Part shown: piece after piece, positions 30,235 through 41,062 of the stretch | Layout: the number at the start of each line of letters is the position of its first letter | Numbering within the stretch: position 1 is the first letter of the stretch | Assembly (NCBI GenBank): GCA_902794835.1 | Contig: CADBIO010000001.1 | Span: 23,174-87,173 of the forward strand | Direction of reading: 5' to 3' | Origin: an uncultured Erysipelotrichaceae bacterium | Lineage (GTDB): Bacteria; Bacillota_I; Bacilli_A; RFN20; CAG-826 | DNA: 64,000 bases | Notes under the pieces: model-generated | Database searches by the model: none | What the model was told of the DNA's origin: nothing | Seen by the model: only the letters and a program-made list of their open reading frames with translations | Position numbers and translations under genes: made by a program

Positions 30235-32454
30235 CTAGTGAATGATGCGCTTGCAATCATAAATGCCTTTAACCCCTTTCAAGGTGGCGAAGACATCTTC
30301 CAACGTCCTAGCATCGGGGACATAAATCGTAGCCGCGATGACATCGTTCATCGTTTCTTGAATCAAATGGACTTTAAGATCGGTGACAGCGATGTTTTTG
30401 GCCGCCAAGGCAGCTAGCATATCGGCCAAAAGGCTCGGACGATCAGTAGAATAAACCTGTATGTCGACCGGATAAGTCGAAATCCCTAAATCGTCATTCC
30501 AATGGACGTCGATCGTGCGATTCATCACCTTGGCCACGTTCGGGCAATTCATCCGATGGACAGCGATGCCTTTGCCTTTCGTGACATATCCTACGATATC
30601 ATCGCCCGGAATGGGTGAACAGCACTTCGCCAAACTGATGGCCACATTATCGATCCCATCGACGTAAACTGGGTTTTTGCTGTCATTAGAGTCCCGATGG
30701 CGGAGCATAACGGCGCTTTTTTCTTTCTTTCTGACGCCTAAGAAATCAATGATGGCGAATGGGGTGACATTACGATTGGCAATGGCTTCATATAAGCCAT
30801 CAAGGTCATTGTATCCAAAGTGGCTCAAAACCTTATCGTCTAGCATTTTTTCCATCTCGCCTTGACCAATGTCTTGGCCTTTGAAGGCCTCTAAGCAGCT
30901 TTCATAGCCCTTGCGGATGGTCTCTTCTCGCAAAAATTCATTGTTTTTGGCGATGAATTTCTTGATGTGGGCCTTCGCGCTGGAGGTTTTGGCGATTTCC
31001 AGCCAGCCCTCTTTCGGCCCAGAAGAATTCTTGGAGGTCTTAATTTCGCAGACATCCCCCGTTTTTAAAACGGTATTCAACGGCACCATTTGGCCGTTGA
31101 CGACGGCACCGACTGCCGAGTCGCCGACTTTGGTGTGGATTTTATAGGCGAAATCAAGTGTGGTTGCCCCATTAGGGAGATCCACGACCTTGCCCATTGG
31201 GGTGAAGACATAGACATTGGCGTTGAAGATGTCGTTGGATAAAGCGGCCATATAGTCTTTGGCGTCGCCATTATCGTCTTCGGAAATCGAGACAAAATCG
31301 CGGAACCAATGCAATTTATCTTCGATGTCTTTTTGCTCTTCTTTGGCATTATAATTGCTGCCCTCTTTGTATTTCCAATGGGCGGCAACCCCTTCTTCCG
31401 CCACCGAGTCCATCTCTTCGGTCCTGATTTGAACTTCATAGATATTGCCATCCCCCGAGACAATCGAAGTATGCAAAGATTGATACATATTCGGCTTTGG
31501 CATGGCGATATAATCTTTAAAACGGCCTGGGATTGGCTTAAAGGTCGCGTGGACGATACCAAGAATCTCATAACATTGCATCACGGTGTGGGTGATGATA
31601 CGAATGGCCAAAACGTCATAAATCTCATCGAAATTGTATTGTTTGAGATACATTTTGCGGTAAATCGAATAGATCGATTTGATGCGCGATTCCATACGGA
31701 ATGGGATATTTTGTTCAAAGACAAGGTCGGCGATCCGTTTCTTTAGGTTATTTAACGATTGGTGACGGTTGCTTTCTCTTTCGTTGAGTTTATCAAGAAT
31801 GGCCTGATATTTTTCTGGCTCTAAGTATTTCAAAGCAAGATCTTCCATCTCGCTTTGCATCTTATAAATCCCAAGACGGTGGGCGATGGGAGTGAAAACT
31901 TCCAACGTTTCTTTGGAAAGGGCCTTTTGCCGTTCTGGCTTTAAGGATTGAAGAGTCCTTAAATTATGGAGACGGTCGGCCAATTTGACTAAAATGACGC
32001 GGATGTCTTTTGCCATGCCAAGGAAAATCTTGCGATGGTCTTCCGCTTCGAAATCCTCTTCTGTGCGATGAGAGAGTTTCATTCTTTGGATTTTTGTCAA
32101 AGAATCGACGATCATTGCCACGTCTTTGCCAAATTGGGCTTCGATTTCGGGAATGGTGAGGTCAGTATCTTCGACCGTGTCATGCAACAAGCCTGCCGCC
32201 AGAGTCTCTGGCCCTGCCTGAAGCTGAGCCAAAATATAGGCGACTTCGATGGGGTGCTGGATATAGGCTTCGCCCGAACGACGGAAAACCCCGGCGTGTT
32301 TTTTAGCGGCCAAATCATAGGCTTCTTTGACTAATTCCCTGTTTTTTGGGTCTTTGATATAGACGTAAAAAAGCTCACGGAGATCCTCGTAAGTGTGCAT
32401 CGGGTATCCGCCATTAGGGACCAATTTGTTTTCTTCCTTGTTCTTATTAGCCAT
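30235..32454 (-). CDS. rel: bifunctional (p)ppGpp synthetase/hydrolase Rel
   Basis: HD hydrolase, synthetase, TGS and ACT domains. 739 aa. Confidence 0.9.
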   Translation of the reverse strand: MANKNKEENKLVPNGGYPMHTYEDLRELFYVYIKDPKNRELVKEAYDLAAKKHAGVFRRSGEAYIQHPIEVAYILAQLQAGPETLAAGLLHDTVEDTDLTIPEIEAQFGKDVAMIVDSLTKIQRMKLSHRTEEDFEAEDHRKIFLGMAKDIRVILVKLADRLHNLRTLQSLKPERQKALSKETLEVFTPIAHRLGIYKMQSEMEDLALKYLEPEKYQAILDKLNERESNRHQSLNNLKKRIADLVFEQNIPFRMESRIKSIYSIYRKMYLKQYNFDEIYDVLAIRIITHTVMQCYEILGIVHATFKPIPGRFKDYIAMPKPNMYQSLHTSIVSGDGNIYEVQIRTEEMDSVAEEGVAAHWKYKEGSNYNAKEEQKDIEDKLHWFRDFVSISEDDNGDAKDYMAALSNDIFNANVYVFTPMGKVVDLPNGATTLDFAYKIHTKVGDSAVGAVVNGQMVPLNTVLKTGDVCEIKTSKNSSGPKEGWLEIAKTSSAKAHIKKFIAKNNEFLREETIRKGYESCLEAFKGQDIGQGEMEKMLDDKVLSHFGYNDLDGLYEAIANRNVTPFAIIDFLGVRKKEKSAVMLRHRDSNDSKNPVYVDGIDNVAISLAKCCSPIPGDDIVGYVTKGKGIAVHRMNCPNVAKVMNRTIDVHWNDDLGISTYPVDIQVYSTDRPSLLADMLAALAAKNIAVTDLKVHLIQETMNDVIAATIYVPDARTLEDVFATLKGVKGIYDCKRIIH

Positions 32455-32500
32455 AGATAATTACTTCTTCATTATATTACGCCCGCACGCGAGAAAAAAA

Positions 32501-34051
32501 TCAGATCGCTCGCTCCGATATCAAATCCAACGTCACTTTCCCCTTGAATTCGTTTAATTTGAACGTCAAAAGCAAATCCACTTTCTGATCCATCTCAAAT
32601 GAATCTTCATTCAAAGAGAAGGAAAAAAGTCGGGTATCAGGGCTTAATTTGGTGGAGAGATATTTCCCATCCCTGGTGTAAGTGAAGGTCGTTGGATTCA
32701 AGCCGCGAAGGATGAATTTCGGTGCCTCCCATTCTAATCCAAACGGCGAGAAAGTTTTCAGGAGGCGATAGCTTTTCATATTGCATTCATTAAGATAGAT
32801 CTCGATTCCATCGGTATTTTTGGGGGCTAATTTGTGCTTCAAGGCCAAGAAAATGAAATCTTTCTTAAATTGTTCGAAATCTTGTTTTTGAAGGGAGCAT
32901 CCGCCAGCAAAAGGGTGCCCTCCCTTCGTCAGCAATCTCACTTTGCTCTCTTCTAAGGCTTCTAAGATATTGAATCCTTCCTGAGAACGAAGGGAAGCGA
33001 CTAAAACATCAGGGTTTTTCTCGGTTGGCGAGAAAACGGCGATTGGCTTTTGGAATTGGCTGAGCAATCGGCTGGCTAAAAGCCCATTGAGCCCCTCCGG
33101 CAAGGAAGTGAGAACAACGATCGCGGCGTCATTAGGATTGAAATCCAACCCATTGATGCCTTCTTTGGTGATGGATTTGCGATTTTCGTTCACTTTGTTG
33201 ATCCATTCGGCGATTTTCTCTTTTTGGGGGTTCATTGGATCGGCGAAATAATGAATCAGACGGTTGATTGTCGTCCCTTTTTCCAACCGTCCAACCGAGT
33301 TGATCTTAGGCACGATTTCCATTTGGAAGGTCGTCTCATCGATGCTTTCTTTATCCGTCAGGGCGACGATCTCGAAATAACGGTTTTTCTTTACCGTCTC
33401 TAGCATCAAACGGACGATTTCGCGGTTGTATTCCCGGAACGGCATCATGTCGGAAATCGTCGAAATGGCTCCAAGGCACATCAAATATTCGTCATACCGC
33501 CCTAACAAAGCATGAGAAAAGATGAATGAAAGATAGCCAGCGGAGATAGCCACTTCCCCATAATGGGTCGTGAGGGGGTGAATCACAAGATCTGTTTCGG
33601 GAGAAAGGGAATCGAACTCATGATGGTCAAGGATGATCACTTCAATCCCTTCTTCTTTGGCAGTTTGCAACGCTTCGTGAGCGGTGACTCCATTATCGCA
33701 AGTGAAAATCATCGAATAGCCATTTTTGGCAATTTTTCTGACATTTTCTGCGGTTAGGCCATATCCATCGAGATAACGCGAAGGCAAATATCCCGAGACG
33801 TCGATTCCAAATTCTCGAAAGGAACGGACCAAAATCGAAGTTGACATCACTCCGTCCGTGTCATAATCCCCATATACAAGGACTTTTTTATGCCCATCCC
33901 GCATCAAAGAGAGACGCTCGATTGCCTTTTTGACGATTGGGTCTTCATCCAAGAGAGGGAGATTAGAAAAAGAAGGAGGAAGAGAAATTTTCTCATATTC
34001 CTCCTTCGTGATTTGATAATGGTTGCAAATTCTTTCGAGCAAAGTTTCCAT
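32501..34051 (-). CDS. recJ: single-stranded-DNA-specific exonuclease RecJ (DHH/DHHA1), short form
   Basis: DHH motifs (VYGDYDTDG) and DHHA1 GGH motif. Start chosen at METLLERI, with its ATG overlapping the secDF stop. The ORF track extends 33 codons further upstream. Confidence 0.7.
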   Translation of the reverse strand: METLLERICNHYQITKEEYEKISLPPSFSNLPLLDEDPIVKKAIERLSLMRDGHKKVLVYGDYDTDGVMSTSILVRSFREFGIDVSGYLPSRYLDGYGLTAENVRKIAKNGYSMIFTCDNGVTAHEALQTAKEEGIEVIILDHHEFDSLSPETDLVIHPLTTHYGEVAISAGYLSFIFSHALLGRYDEYLMCLGAISTISDMMPFREYNREIVRLMLETVKKNRYFEIVALTDKESIDETTFQMEIVPKINSVGRLEKGTTINRLIHYFADPMNPQKEKIAEWINKVNENRKSITKEGINGLDFNPNDAAIVVLTSLPEGLNGLLASRLLSQFQKPIAVFSPTEKNPDVLVASLRSQEGFNILEALEESKVRLLTKGGHPFAGGCSLQKQDFEQFKKDFIFLALKHKLAPKNTDGIEIYLNECNMKSYRLLKTFSPFGLEWEAPKFILRGLNPTTFTYTRDGKYLSTKLSPDTRLFSFSLNEDSFEMDQKVDLLLTFKLNEFKGKVTLDLISERAI

Positions 34052-36777
34052 CAGTCGTTGATTCCAATGAAGACTGCCTCTTCTGGCTCCGAGCTCTTCT
34101 TCTTTTGCACGGCATTCTTGCCGTTTTTGCCATGCGTTCTGTTGTTCCAAGAATCGCGGACGGATCTTCTTAATGAAGCCACACCAAGGCTGAGATGGAC
34201 GGCGCTGGCGGAAACGATGGTTAGAACCATCACTAAAGCAAGCAAAACCGCCAAAGCGATGCCTAAGAAGATGACTTTGTCAATCGTCGGGGCGATGCCA
34301 ATGAAAGGCAAGGCCATACCAATGGTCAGCAAAGAGAAAACGATGATGTCGCCGGCGATTTGGGAATTAGCCTGAAGCAAGAGATGATTACGGAATTCTA
34401 GCCCGTTTTTGTCTTTTTCACGGCTGTCTTTGATCAGTTCTTTCTCTTTGTTGAGCAAGAATAAGGAGAGAATCGCGCCAACAAACAATCCAGAAAGGAT
34501 CGAAATGGTTACGACTGGGGTGACGGCGATTCTGGTCAAGGCGAAGAAACCGGCGACCACTACCGAGCTTCCTAAGGCAACAACAATCACCGGCAAGGCG
34601 CGGGCCAAACGGAAACGGAGCCAATAATAAGCAAGCAAGATGGCACTCGATACGCCAAGGGCGAGGAAGATGGTGCCCATGGCTGGGGTTCCGGCTTGAT
34701 AAACGACACGATTACCTGAAACGGTAATCGCGCTGGCATCGGCATTTAAGTCAATGGCATTTTGCAATGCAACATTAAGATAGGTGTTCTCAGAGACGCC
34801 GTTGATGGTGAAATCATAGGTTTTCTCCGAGTCGAAATAAAGGGAAAGCGGGATATCGAAATGATAGACGGTGTACATTTTCACTTCAGTATCATCGTTA
34901 ATGGAGACGGTGGATTGTTCCAAAACGATATCGCCATCAACGTATTTTGCCAGAGTTTTCCCGTTATATTCGACCAAATCGAGCAAGGATTCATGGACAT
35001 TATCAATGGTTGCCATCGTCTTGGTGGCTTGAGAATCGACGCCGATTCGATATTCGACGGAAACCGAGGTCGTATTTTCATAAGCGCCCGAATAGTTGAG
35101 AATGCCAAGGGAGGTGTTTGCAAAAACGGAAAGTCCAACGATGGAAGCCAAAAGCAAGCTGCCTCCGAGAATGCCCCAGATGCGTTTGTGTTTGGTGAAA
35201 TCTTTTTCCGCATAGGCACCGAAATAGGTTTGTTTTTCTTCCTGAAGAAGGTCAGGAATTTTGTTTTCATCGACGAAATAAGTCTTGGAAAGATGTTTTT
35301 CGCTAGAAGAATCATTGGCCAACATCCAGCCCAAGAATCTTCCGGCAGTGAGATTGAGGATGGTGCCAAAAGCGGCAGTCCAAATCAAGGAAAGGCCTAA
35401 TTTTCCGACACTTCCCGGAATAAATCCATAGATGCAAAGACCGATGATGATGGCAACGATTCCTGCGTCGACTGTTGGCCATAAAGCCTTTTTGCCCGCT
35501 TCGGATTCTGCTTTCTTCAACGATCTCCCTTTATAAAGTTCTTCTTTCAGTTTGTTGTAATAGTAAGCGCCGCCAAAGGATGTCACCAAAGCGCCAAGGA
35601 TGAACCCGACTAAGGCGCCAATCCCGAATTGGGCAGAGAAATAGCCAAAAAGCAAAACGCCAAGCTCAGCAGAAAGAATCGTGTTGCTCATGATGCTTAA
35701 GGCGCCAAGGCGATAGAACAACGCTAGGACAAGGCCACAAACGACAAAACTCACGATAATGGCGATCATCGTCGAGCTCATATTGACTCGCAAATGCCAA
35801 TCGTTGGCTGCCATTAAAGAATCGACGGAGGCGGTCACGGTCGTCGAATAATCGAAAGTGACGTCATAATCATATTCGGCGGCATTCAAAATGGAGGAAT
35901 AATAAAGCGCGGCTTTGTAAGCAGCTCCAGCTTTTGAGGAATCATAATTCCCATTGGCGATGGCTTCGCTGTTTGGGATGATTTGGAATTTGGTGTAATT
36001 GTTGTTTTCGTTGGTTGAATCGACATACCAGGCATTGGCCGGGGCTTCGCCGAAAATCAAACGTTTGGACATGTTAGGATCATAATCATCAGCCGAGGTG
36101 TTGGTGGCGGCAATGTAATTGTCACCCTCTTGGAAGTGATTCCATAAGACGACATAGCAATTTTGAGCTTCGCTGCCTTCTTCTTCGTCGGCTGACTTGG
36201 TGTTGTCTGAGCAGAATTTGATCAATTCGTTGAATTTTCCGTTCTCCCCCTTCTCATTGACTTCAATCGTAACGACTGGGACGTTGTTGATATATTCAAT
36301 GGAAGCTTTGTTGCCTTCGAACATCTTGTGATGGAAATAAGAAGTATCCGAAGGGGCTTCGGCTTGGAGATCTGTCGTCGGGGCGCCGGCGCCGACGGTG
36401 ATATCTTGTCCGGAGAAAGAAAGATAATCTTCGAGATAATTGTATTCAGTGTTGTCGTTTCCGGCCGTACGAACGACGACACGGACAGTGTCGTAGCCCT
36501 CTTTTTGGACTTCGGCGTTGATATCCCAGGCTTCAAGACGGTTTTCCATCTCTTCGGCGACGGCGTCAACGGCACCATAACCATCGGTCTGCTGAATATA
36601 ATTTTCTGGCAAAACGCCTTTGTAAGTGCTGCCTTTGTCAGAAATTTTGAAATAGAGCGTCCTGCTATCTCCGTAGCTAACGTCAGTATCCATCATCGAA
36701 ATCGCATTGCCCATCGTGGCTAACGATCCGACCATCAGGAGAGTGCTTGTTAGGATGTAACCCAGTTTACGTAACAT
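34051..36777 (-). CDS. secDF: protein translocase subunit SecDF (fused SecD-SecF) with very large periplasmic domain
   Basis: Twelve TM helices with the conserved SecD/SecF TM core. Start chosen at MLRKLGYIL, which has a GGAGG SD 8 nt upstream. Confidence 0.8.
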   Translation of the reverse strand: MLRKLGYILTSTLLMVGSLATMGNAISMMDTDVSYGDSRTLYFKISDKGSTYKGVLPENYIQQTDGYGAVDAVAEEMENRLEAWDINAEVQKEGYDTVRVVVRTAGNDNTEYNYLEDYLSFSGQDITVGAGAPTTDLQAEAPSDTSYFHHKMFEGNKASIEYINNVPVVTIEVNEKGENGKFNELIKFCSDNTKSADEEEGSEAQNCYVVLWNHFQEGDNYIAATNTSADDYDPNMSKRLIFGEAPANAWYVDSTNENNNYTKFQIIPNSEAIANGNYDSSKAGAAYKAALYYSSILNAAEYDYDVTFDYSTTVTASVDSLMAANDWHLRVNMSSTMIAIIVSFVVCGLVLALFYRLGALSIMSNTILSAELGVLLFGYFSAQFGIGALVGFILGALVTSFGGAYYYNKLKEELYKGRSLKKAESEAGKKALWPTVDAGIVAIIIGLCIYGFIPGSVGKLGLSLIWTAAFGTILNLTAGRFLGWMLANDSSSEKHLSKTYFVDENKIPDLLQEEKQTYFGAYAEKDFTKHKRIWGILGGSLLLASIVGLSVFANTSLGILNYSGAYENTTSVSVEYRIGVDSQATKTMATIDNVHESLLDLVEYNGKTLAKYVDGDIVLEQSTVSINDDTEVKMYTVYHFDIPLSLYFDSEKTYDFTINGVSENTYLNVALQNAIDLNADASAITVSGNRVVYQAGTPAMGTIFLALGVSSAILLAYYWLRFRLARALPVIVVALGSSVVVAGFFALTRIAVTPVVTISILSGLFVGAILSLFLLNKEKELIKDSREKDKNGLEFRNHLLLQANSQIAGDIIVFSLLTIGMALPFIGIAPTIDKVIFLGIALAVLLALVMVLTIVSASAVHLSLGVASLRRSVRDSWNNRTHGKNGKNAVQKKKSSEPEEAVFIGIND

Positions 36778-36892
36778 ATAGTTCCTCCGAATGTCCGACA
36801 CAAAAAACGTGCCGACAATTGCGTTAATTATTTTACGCACGCACGCACATATAGGCAAGCGACAAAAGCGAAAAACCGCTGATTTTCGGAAA

Positions 36893-36921
36893 AAAGAAAA
36901 AGCGAGAACGAATTCTCACTT
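36893..36921 (-). terminator. rho-independent terminator downstream of ruvB
   Basis: Minus-strand hairpin GAGAA-TTCG-TTCTC followed by GCTTTTTCTTTTTT. Confidence 0.5.
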
Positions 36922-36923
36922 CC

Positions 36924-37934
36924 TCAAAACAAATATCCTTGATTCGGGAGCCCAAGGTGTTTTCTGGCTTTTTCGGTGACCTCACGTCCTCTCGGAGTTC
37001 GATTGATCATCCCGATCATGACCAAATAAGGCTCATAGACATCTTCCAGATTGGTCGCTTCTTCTCCGATGGCTGAGGCAATCGATTCCAAGCCGACTGG
37101 CCCCCCATGAAAACGCTCAATGATCGTGCGGAGGTATTTCAAGTCGACATCATCAAGCCCAAGGTCATCGATCTTTAAGGCAGTCATCGCTTCTAAAGAC
37201 AAGGTTTTATCGATTTTTTCCAATCCTTCATAAGAGGCAAAATCACGCACGCGGCGATAGATTCTATTAGCGATACGAGGCGTCCCTCGAGAACGGGAAG
37301 AAAGCAAATCGGCGGCTTCTTCGGTGATTGGCATTTTTAGGACACGGGAGGTGCGTTTGATGATGCTGCCAATCTCTTCTTGGGTGTAAAAATCGATTTT
37401 CGCGGAGATTCCAAAACGTGCCCTAAGTGGCGCGCTTAAATCACCCGCTCTGGTTGTCGCGCCCACCAAAGTGAACGGCGGCAAGGCCATATTGAGGGGC
37501 TTAGAAACGCCATCGTGGTTGATCATAATGGTCAGCTGAAAATCTTCCATCGCCCCATAAAGGACTTCTTCCACTGGGCGAGGGAGGCGGTGGATTTCGT
37601 CGATAAAAAGGACATCGCCTGGCTCCAATTCGCACAAAATCGCGGCCAAATCACCGCTTTTTTCAATCGAAGGGCCGTTAACGACTTTGATGTTGCCACC
37701 CATTTCGTTGGCGATGACATAAGCTAAAGTCGTCTTGCCTAGGCCTGGTGGGCCATACAATAGAACATGATCAAGAGGTTCTTCTCTTTTTTTGGCGGCG
37801 CCGATAAAAACGCGAAGATTGCGTTTGAGCTCACTTTGTCCGACATATTCCTCTAGCGTTCTGGGGCGGAGGGTGATGTCCGAAAAAGCGTCATCTTCTT
37901 CTTTTCGCGCGTCAAGTAAACGTTCTTTTGCCAT
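36924..37934 (-). CDS. ruvB: Holliday junction branch-migration helicase RuvB
   Basis: AAA+ Walker [10 protein letters not shown] and the conserved RuvB C-terminal winged helix. Confidence 0.9.
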   Translation of the reverse strand: MAKERLLDARKEEDDAFSDITLRPRTLEEYVGQSELKRNLRVFIGAAKKREEPLDHVLLYGPPGLGKTTLAYVIANEMGGNIKVVNGPSIEKSGDLAAILCELEPGDVLFIDEIHRLPRPVEEVLYGAMEDFQLTIMINHDGVSKPLNMALPPFTLVGATTRAGDLSAPLRARFGISAKIDFYTQEEIGSIIKRTSRVLKMPITEEAADLLSSRSRGTPRIANRIYRRVRDFASYEGLEKIDKTLSLEAMTALKIDDLGLDDVDLKYLRTIIERFHGGPVGLESIASAIGEEATNLEDVYEPYLVMIGMINRTPRGREVTEKARKHLGLPNQGYLF

Positions 37935-38503
37935 TATTTTAAGGATCCTTTGCTGAGTTTTCTTAAAGCCAAACGAAGGATTTCTTCGTTGGAGGCGTTT
38001 GGCTCGTTGATGCTTGCAAGCACAGAGTCCACGTCTTTTGCTTTGAAGCCAAGCTGTTTGAGAGCAGCTCTGACTTCATCGTACTGATGGGGGTTGCCTT
38101 TGGCGTCGCTATCGGCCAGTTTCCCTTTCAAATCGAGGATGATTTGAGCGGCTGCTTTGGGGCCAATATTCGGCAATTTCTTAAGGTAAGCCGTGTTATT
38201 CGCGGCAATGGCTTTGAAAAGCTCGTCTGGGGTTGTCGCTCCCAAGGCGGTGATGGCCGTTTTTGGGCCAATGCCTTTCACTTGAATCAAAGATCGAAAC
38301 GCCTCTTTCTCCAATTTGCTGGAGAAGCCCACAAGATAATGGTCATTTTCGCCATAGACTTCATAGACGAAAATGGTCGTTTCTTGCCCCTTAAGCCATT
38401 CTTTCGGTCGAGAAACGAACAATTCGTAGCCGATGCCATTCACTTCGATGGCAATCTGTTCTTCCATGACGTCAACAATTTTTCCGGTAAATGAGTAATA
38501 CAT
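37934..38503 (-). CDS. ruvA: Holliday junction DNA-binding protein RuvA
   Basis: OB domain, two HhH motifs (GIGPKTA) and C-terminal domain III. Confidence 0.9.
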   Translation of the reverse strand: MYYSFTGKIVDVMEEQIAIEVNGIGYELFVSRPKEWLKGQETTIFVYEVYGENDHYLVGFSSKLEKEAFRSLIQVKGIGPKTAITALGATTPDELFKAIAANNTAYLKKLPNIGPKAAAQIILDLKGKLADSDAKGNPHQYDEVRAALKQLGFKAKDVDSVLASINEPNASNEEILRLALRKLSKGSLK

Positions 38504-38620
38504 ATCAAATTAAACACACAGTCAGGAGAATAAGGAGGAGGCCGACAAAGGCGGCGACAAGAGTCATAATGCCGACAAACACTTTCTCTTTCTTCATAAA
38601 AATATTATAGGGTTTTCGCC

Positions 38621-39892
38621 TTATTCCGTGTAGGTGAATTCAAATTCTCCGATGATCACGCTGTCGCCGTCTTCCGCCCCTGCCAAACGAAGTTTTTCAT
38701 CGACGTTGACGGAATTGAGGATTTTGATGACTTGCTCTACCCCTTCATCGGTTGAAGTGTTGATCAAAGCGACGCGTTTTTCTAAAGTTTCGCCTTTGAT
38801 TTCGAAGGTGTGTTTGGCCACTTTCAGAGCGACGAAAGAGTCGCTGTCGTTTTCATGGGCGTCATAGATTTTCATCCCCGCCTCTTGGACGCCTTTCAGA
38901 GGGAACATCGGCGTTTTATCGACTAAATCGGCGATCTGGTAAAGCAATTCGTTGACCCCTTCGTGAGTCAAAGAAGAAAGAGGAAAAGAAGGGAAGCCGA
39001 GTTTCTGATCGAATTCTTCTTTTCTTTCTTTCGCCCCTTCTTCATCCATTTTGGATGCGACGACGATTTGCGGCCTTTTCTCTAAATCGGCGCCATATTC
39101 TTTGAGTTCTTCGTTGATGGCCAAATAATCCTTGTAAGGGTCGCGTTCGCCGCTCATCGAGACGATATGGACTAAAACGCGACAACGTTCAATATGGCGA
39201 AGGAAAGTGATTCCTAGGCCTTTTCCTTGATGGGCCCCTTCGATAAGGCCGGGGAGATCGGCTAAAACGAAACTTCTTTGGTCGGGAAGATAAGCCACGC
39301 CAAGATTCGGAATCAAAGTCGTGAAAGGATAATCCGCGGTTGGGACATTGGCTTTGGTAACGACGTTTAAGAAGGTCGATTTACCAACCGAAGGGAAGCC
39401 GATTAAACCTGCATCCGCCAACATCTTCAATTCCAGAATTAGTCTTTTTTTCTCGCCTGGATGGCCATTTTCCGCGATTCTTGGAATCCGGTGGCGGGAG
39501 GATTTAAAACAAGCGTTTCCTCTTCCACCACGTCCTCCTTTTGCGACACAAACCTGTTGTCCTTCCTCGTGGAGATCAGCCAAAACACGGCCAGTCTTTT
39601 CTTCGCTGATGATGGTTCCGCAAGGGACTTCCACAATGACATCCTGGGCATTATGGCCATACATCATCTTACGTTGGCCCTTCTCCCCATCCATTGCCAT
39701 AATGACGCGGGAATGACGGAAATTATAAAGAGTGTTGAGATTCTTTTTGGCGACGAAATAAATCGAACCGCCCCGGCCTCCGTTCCCACCGTCTGGTCCG
39801 CCTCTCACGGTCTGTTTGTCTTGCAGGAAAGAGATGGCGCCATCGCCTCCTTTTCCACTTCTTACTTCGATGATGCAACGATCGATTAACAT
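38621..39892 (-). CDS. obg: GTPase Obg (CgtA)
   Basis: Gly-rich Obg fold N-terminus, G domain (GFPSVGKST) and TGS-like C-terminus. 423 aa. Confidence 0.9.
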   Translation of the reverse strand: MLIDRCIIEVRSGKGGDGAISFLQDKQTVRGGPDGGNGGRGGSIYFVAKKNLNTLYNFRHSRVIMAMDGEKGQRKMMYGHNAQDVIVEVPCGTIISEEKTGRVLADLHEEGQQVCVAKGGRGGRGNACFKSSRHRIPRIAENGHPGEKKRLILELKMLADAGLIGFPSVGKSTFLNVVTKANVPTADYPFTTLIPNLGVAYLPDQRSFVLADLPGLIEGAHQGKGLGITFLRHIERCRVLVHIVSMSGERDPYKDYLAINEELKEYGADLEKRPQIVVASKMDEEGAKERKEEFDQKLGFPSFPLSSLTHEGVNELLYQIADLVDKTPMFPLKGVQEAGMKIYDAHENDSDSFVALKVAKHTFEIKGETLEKRVALINTSTDEGVEQVIKILNSVNVDEKLRLAGAEDGDSVIIGEFEFTYTE

Positions 39893-39904
39893 AGTATCAC
39901 CTCG

Positions 39905-40675
39905 TTATTTGGCATTGCTTGGCAATGCGGCTTTAGTCTTCTCGTCAAGAAGGTAATTTTTCTTGTTTTTCTTGATTTTGCAAAGGTCCTGGTAGAATTT
40001 GATCGACGTTTTTAAGGGGTTGCCAACGGTGGAAGAAGGATCATCCCTCCAACGGGCTGGGATTTCTTTGATGGCATAGCCGTTCAATTGCAGGAAATAA
40101 AGATATTCCACGTCAAAGGCAAAACCAGGAATGATTTGGTGTTTGACCATTTCGTGGGCGATATCGCGCTTAAACAATTTGAAACCACACTGGGTATCAT
40201 GAATGCCTTTTAGATGAAATTTGTTTTTCACGATCGTTCGGGCGCCCCAGGAAGTGATTCTCCGAATGAAAGTTTGCTTCGTCGTGATTTCCGATCCTTT
40301 CGAATGTCTCGAAGCGATAAAACAATCGTATTTGTTAATCTCAGGGAGAATTTTGTCCAGCGTGTGAAGGTCCGTGGCAAAATCGGCATCCATAAAAAGA
40401 ACATAATCGCCTTGGGCGGCTAAGATTCCCTTGCCAACCCCATGGCCTTTACCAGCAATATCCTCATAGGGCAAAAGTTTTACTTGAAGCGGCATTTTGT
40501 GCATGCCTTCTTCCAATGCCTTCTGAGAAGGCTCGTCAGAATGATCGGAGCAAAGAATGACGTCATAGGCGATGCCTAAAGAATCAAAATAAGGCAATCC
40601 TTCTTTGATTAGATGCTCTAAGAGCTTGGCCGTTTGATTTTTCACGGCGATAACGACGTCGATTTTCATACTCAA
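39905..40675 (-). CDS. family-2 glycosyltransferase (DPM1/GtrB-like, soluble)
   Basis: GT-A fold with DxD (FMDADF) and QCGFK motifs. Sits where B. subtilis has spo0B, between obg and rpmA. Confidence 0.7.
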   Translation of the reverse strand: MSMKIDVVIAVKNQTAKLLEHLIKEGLPYFDSLGIAYDVILCSDHSDEPSQKALEEGMHKMPLQVKLLPYEDIAGKGHGVGKGILAAQGDYVLFMDADFATDLHTLDKILPEINKYDCFIASRHSKGSEITTKQTFIRRITSWGARTIVKNKFHLKGIHDTQCGFKLFKRDIAHEMVKHQIIPGFAFDVEYLYFLQLNGYAIKEIPARWRDDPSSTVGNPLKTSIKFYQDLCKIKKNKKNYLLDEKTKAALPSNAK

Positions 40676-40699
40676 ACATTATAATGTTTTCTCTTTTGA

Positions 40700-40746
40700 A
40701 ACGCTACGAAGAGAAAACGAGATCAAAAAAAGCAAAAACGGCCCCT
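40700..40746 (-). terminator. terminator downstream of rpmA
   Basis: Minus-strand hairpin GACGGC-(10 nt)-GCCGT followed by TTTTGCTTTTTTT. Confidence 0.5.
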
Positions 40747-40771
40747 GGTGGAGCCGTCTGCTTGCATAGAA

Positions 40772-41062
40772 TTATTTCGCTTCGAGCGGATAAACGGAAA
40801 CTTTCTTTCCGGTTCTTCCGACACGTTCGAATTTCACGACGCCGTCGATGATGGCATAGATCGTATCATCGCCACCACGCTTCGTGCCAGCCCCTGGATG
40901 AATCTTGGTCCCTCTTTGGCGATAAAGAATATTGCCAGCAAGAACGTATTGTCCATCACCAACTTTGGAGCCTAATCTGCGACCAGCAGAATCACGGCCG
41001 TTTTTCGTGCTAGAAACGCCTTTTTTGGAGGCGAATAATTGCAAATCAATGACGAAATTCAT
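40772..41062 (-). CDS. rpmA: 50S ribosomal protein L27 with N-terminal propeptide
   Basis: [25 protein letters not shown] matches the Firmicutes pro-L27 cleavage motif. Confidence 0.85.
   Translation of the reverse strand: MNFVIDLQLFASKKGVSSTKNGRDSAGRRLGSKVGDGQYVLAGNILYRQRGTKIHPGAGTKRGGDDTIYAIIDGVVKFERVGRTGKKVSVYPLEAK

Noticed and set aside
34762-35400. 212-aa + strand ORF inside secDF
   Set aside because: Antisense to the SecDF TM region. No independent support.
38505-38598. Apparent 30-aa hydrophobic peptide between obg and ruvA
   Set aside because: Arose from a transcription slip on my first read. Re-reading the sequence gives a non-hydrophobic frame that runs into ruvA out of frame. 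No ORF is supported.
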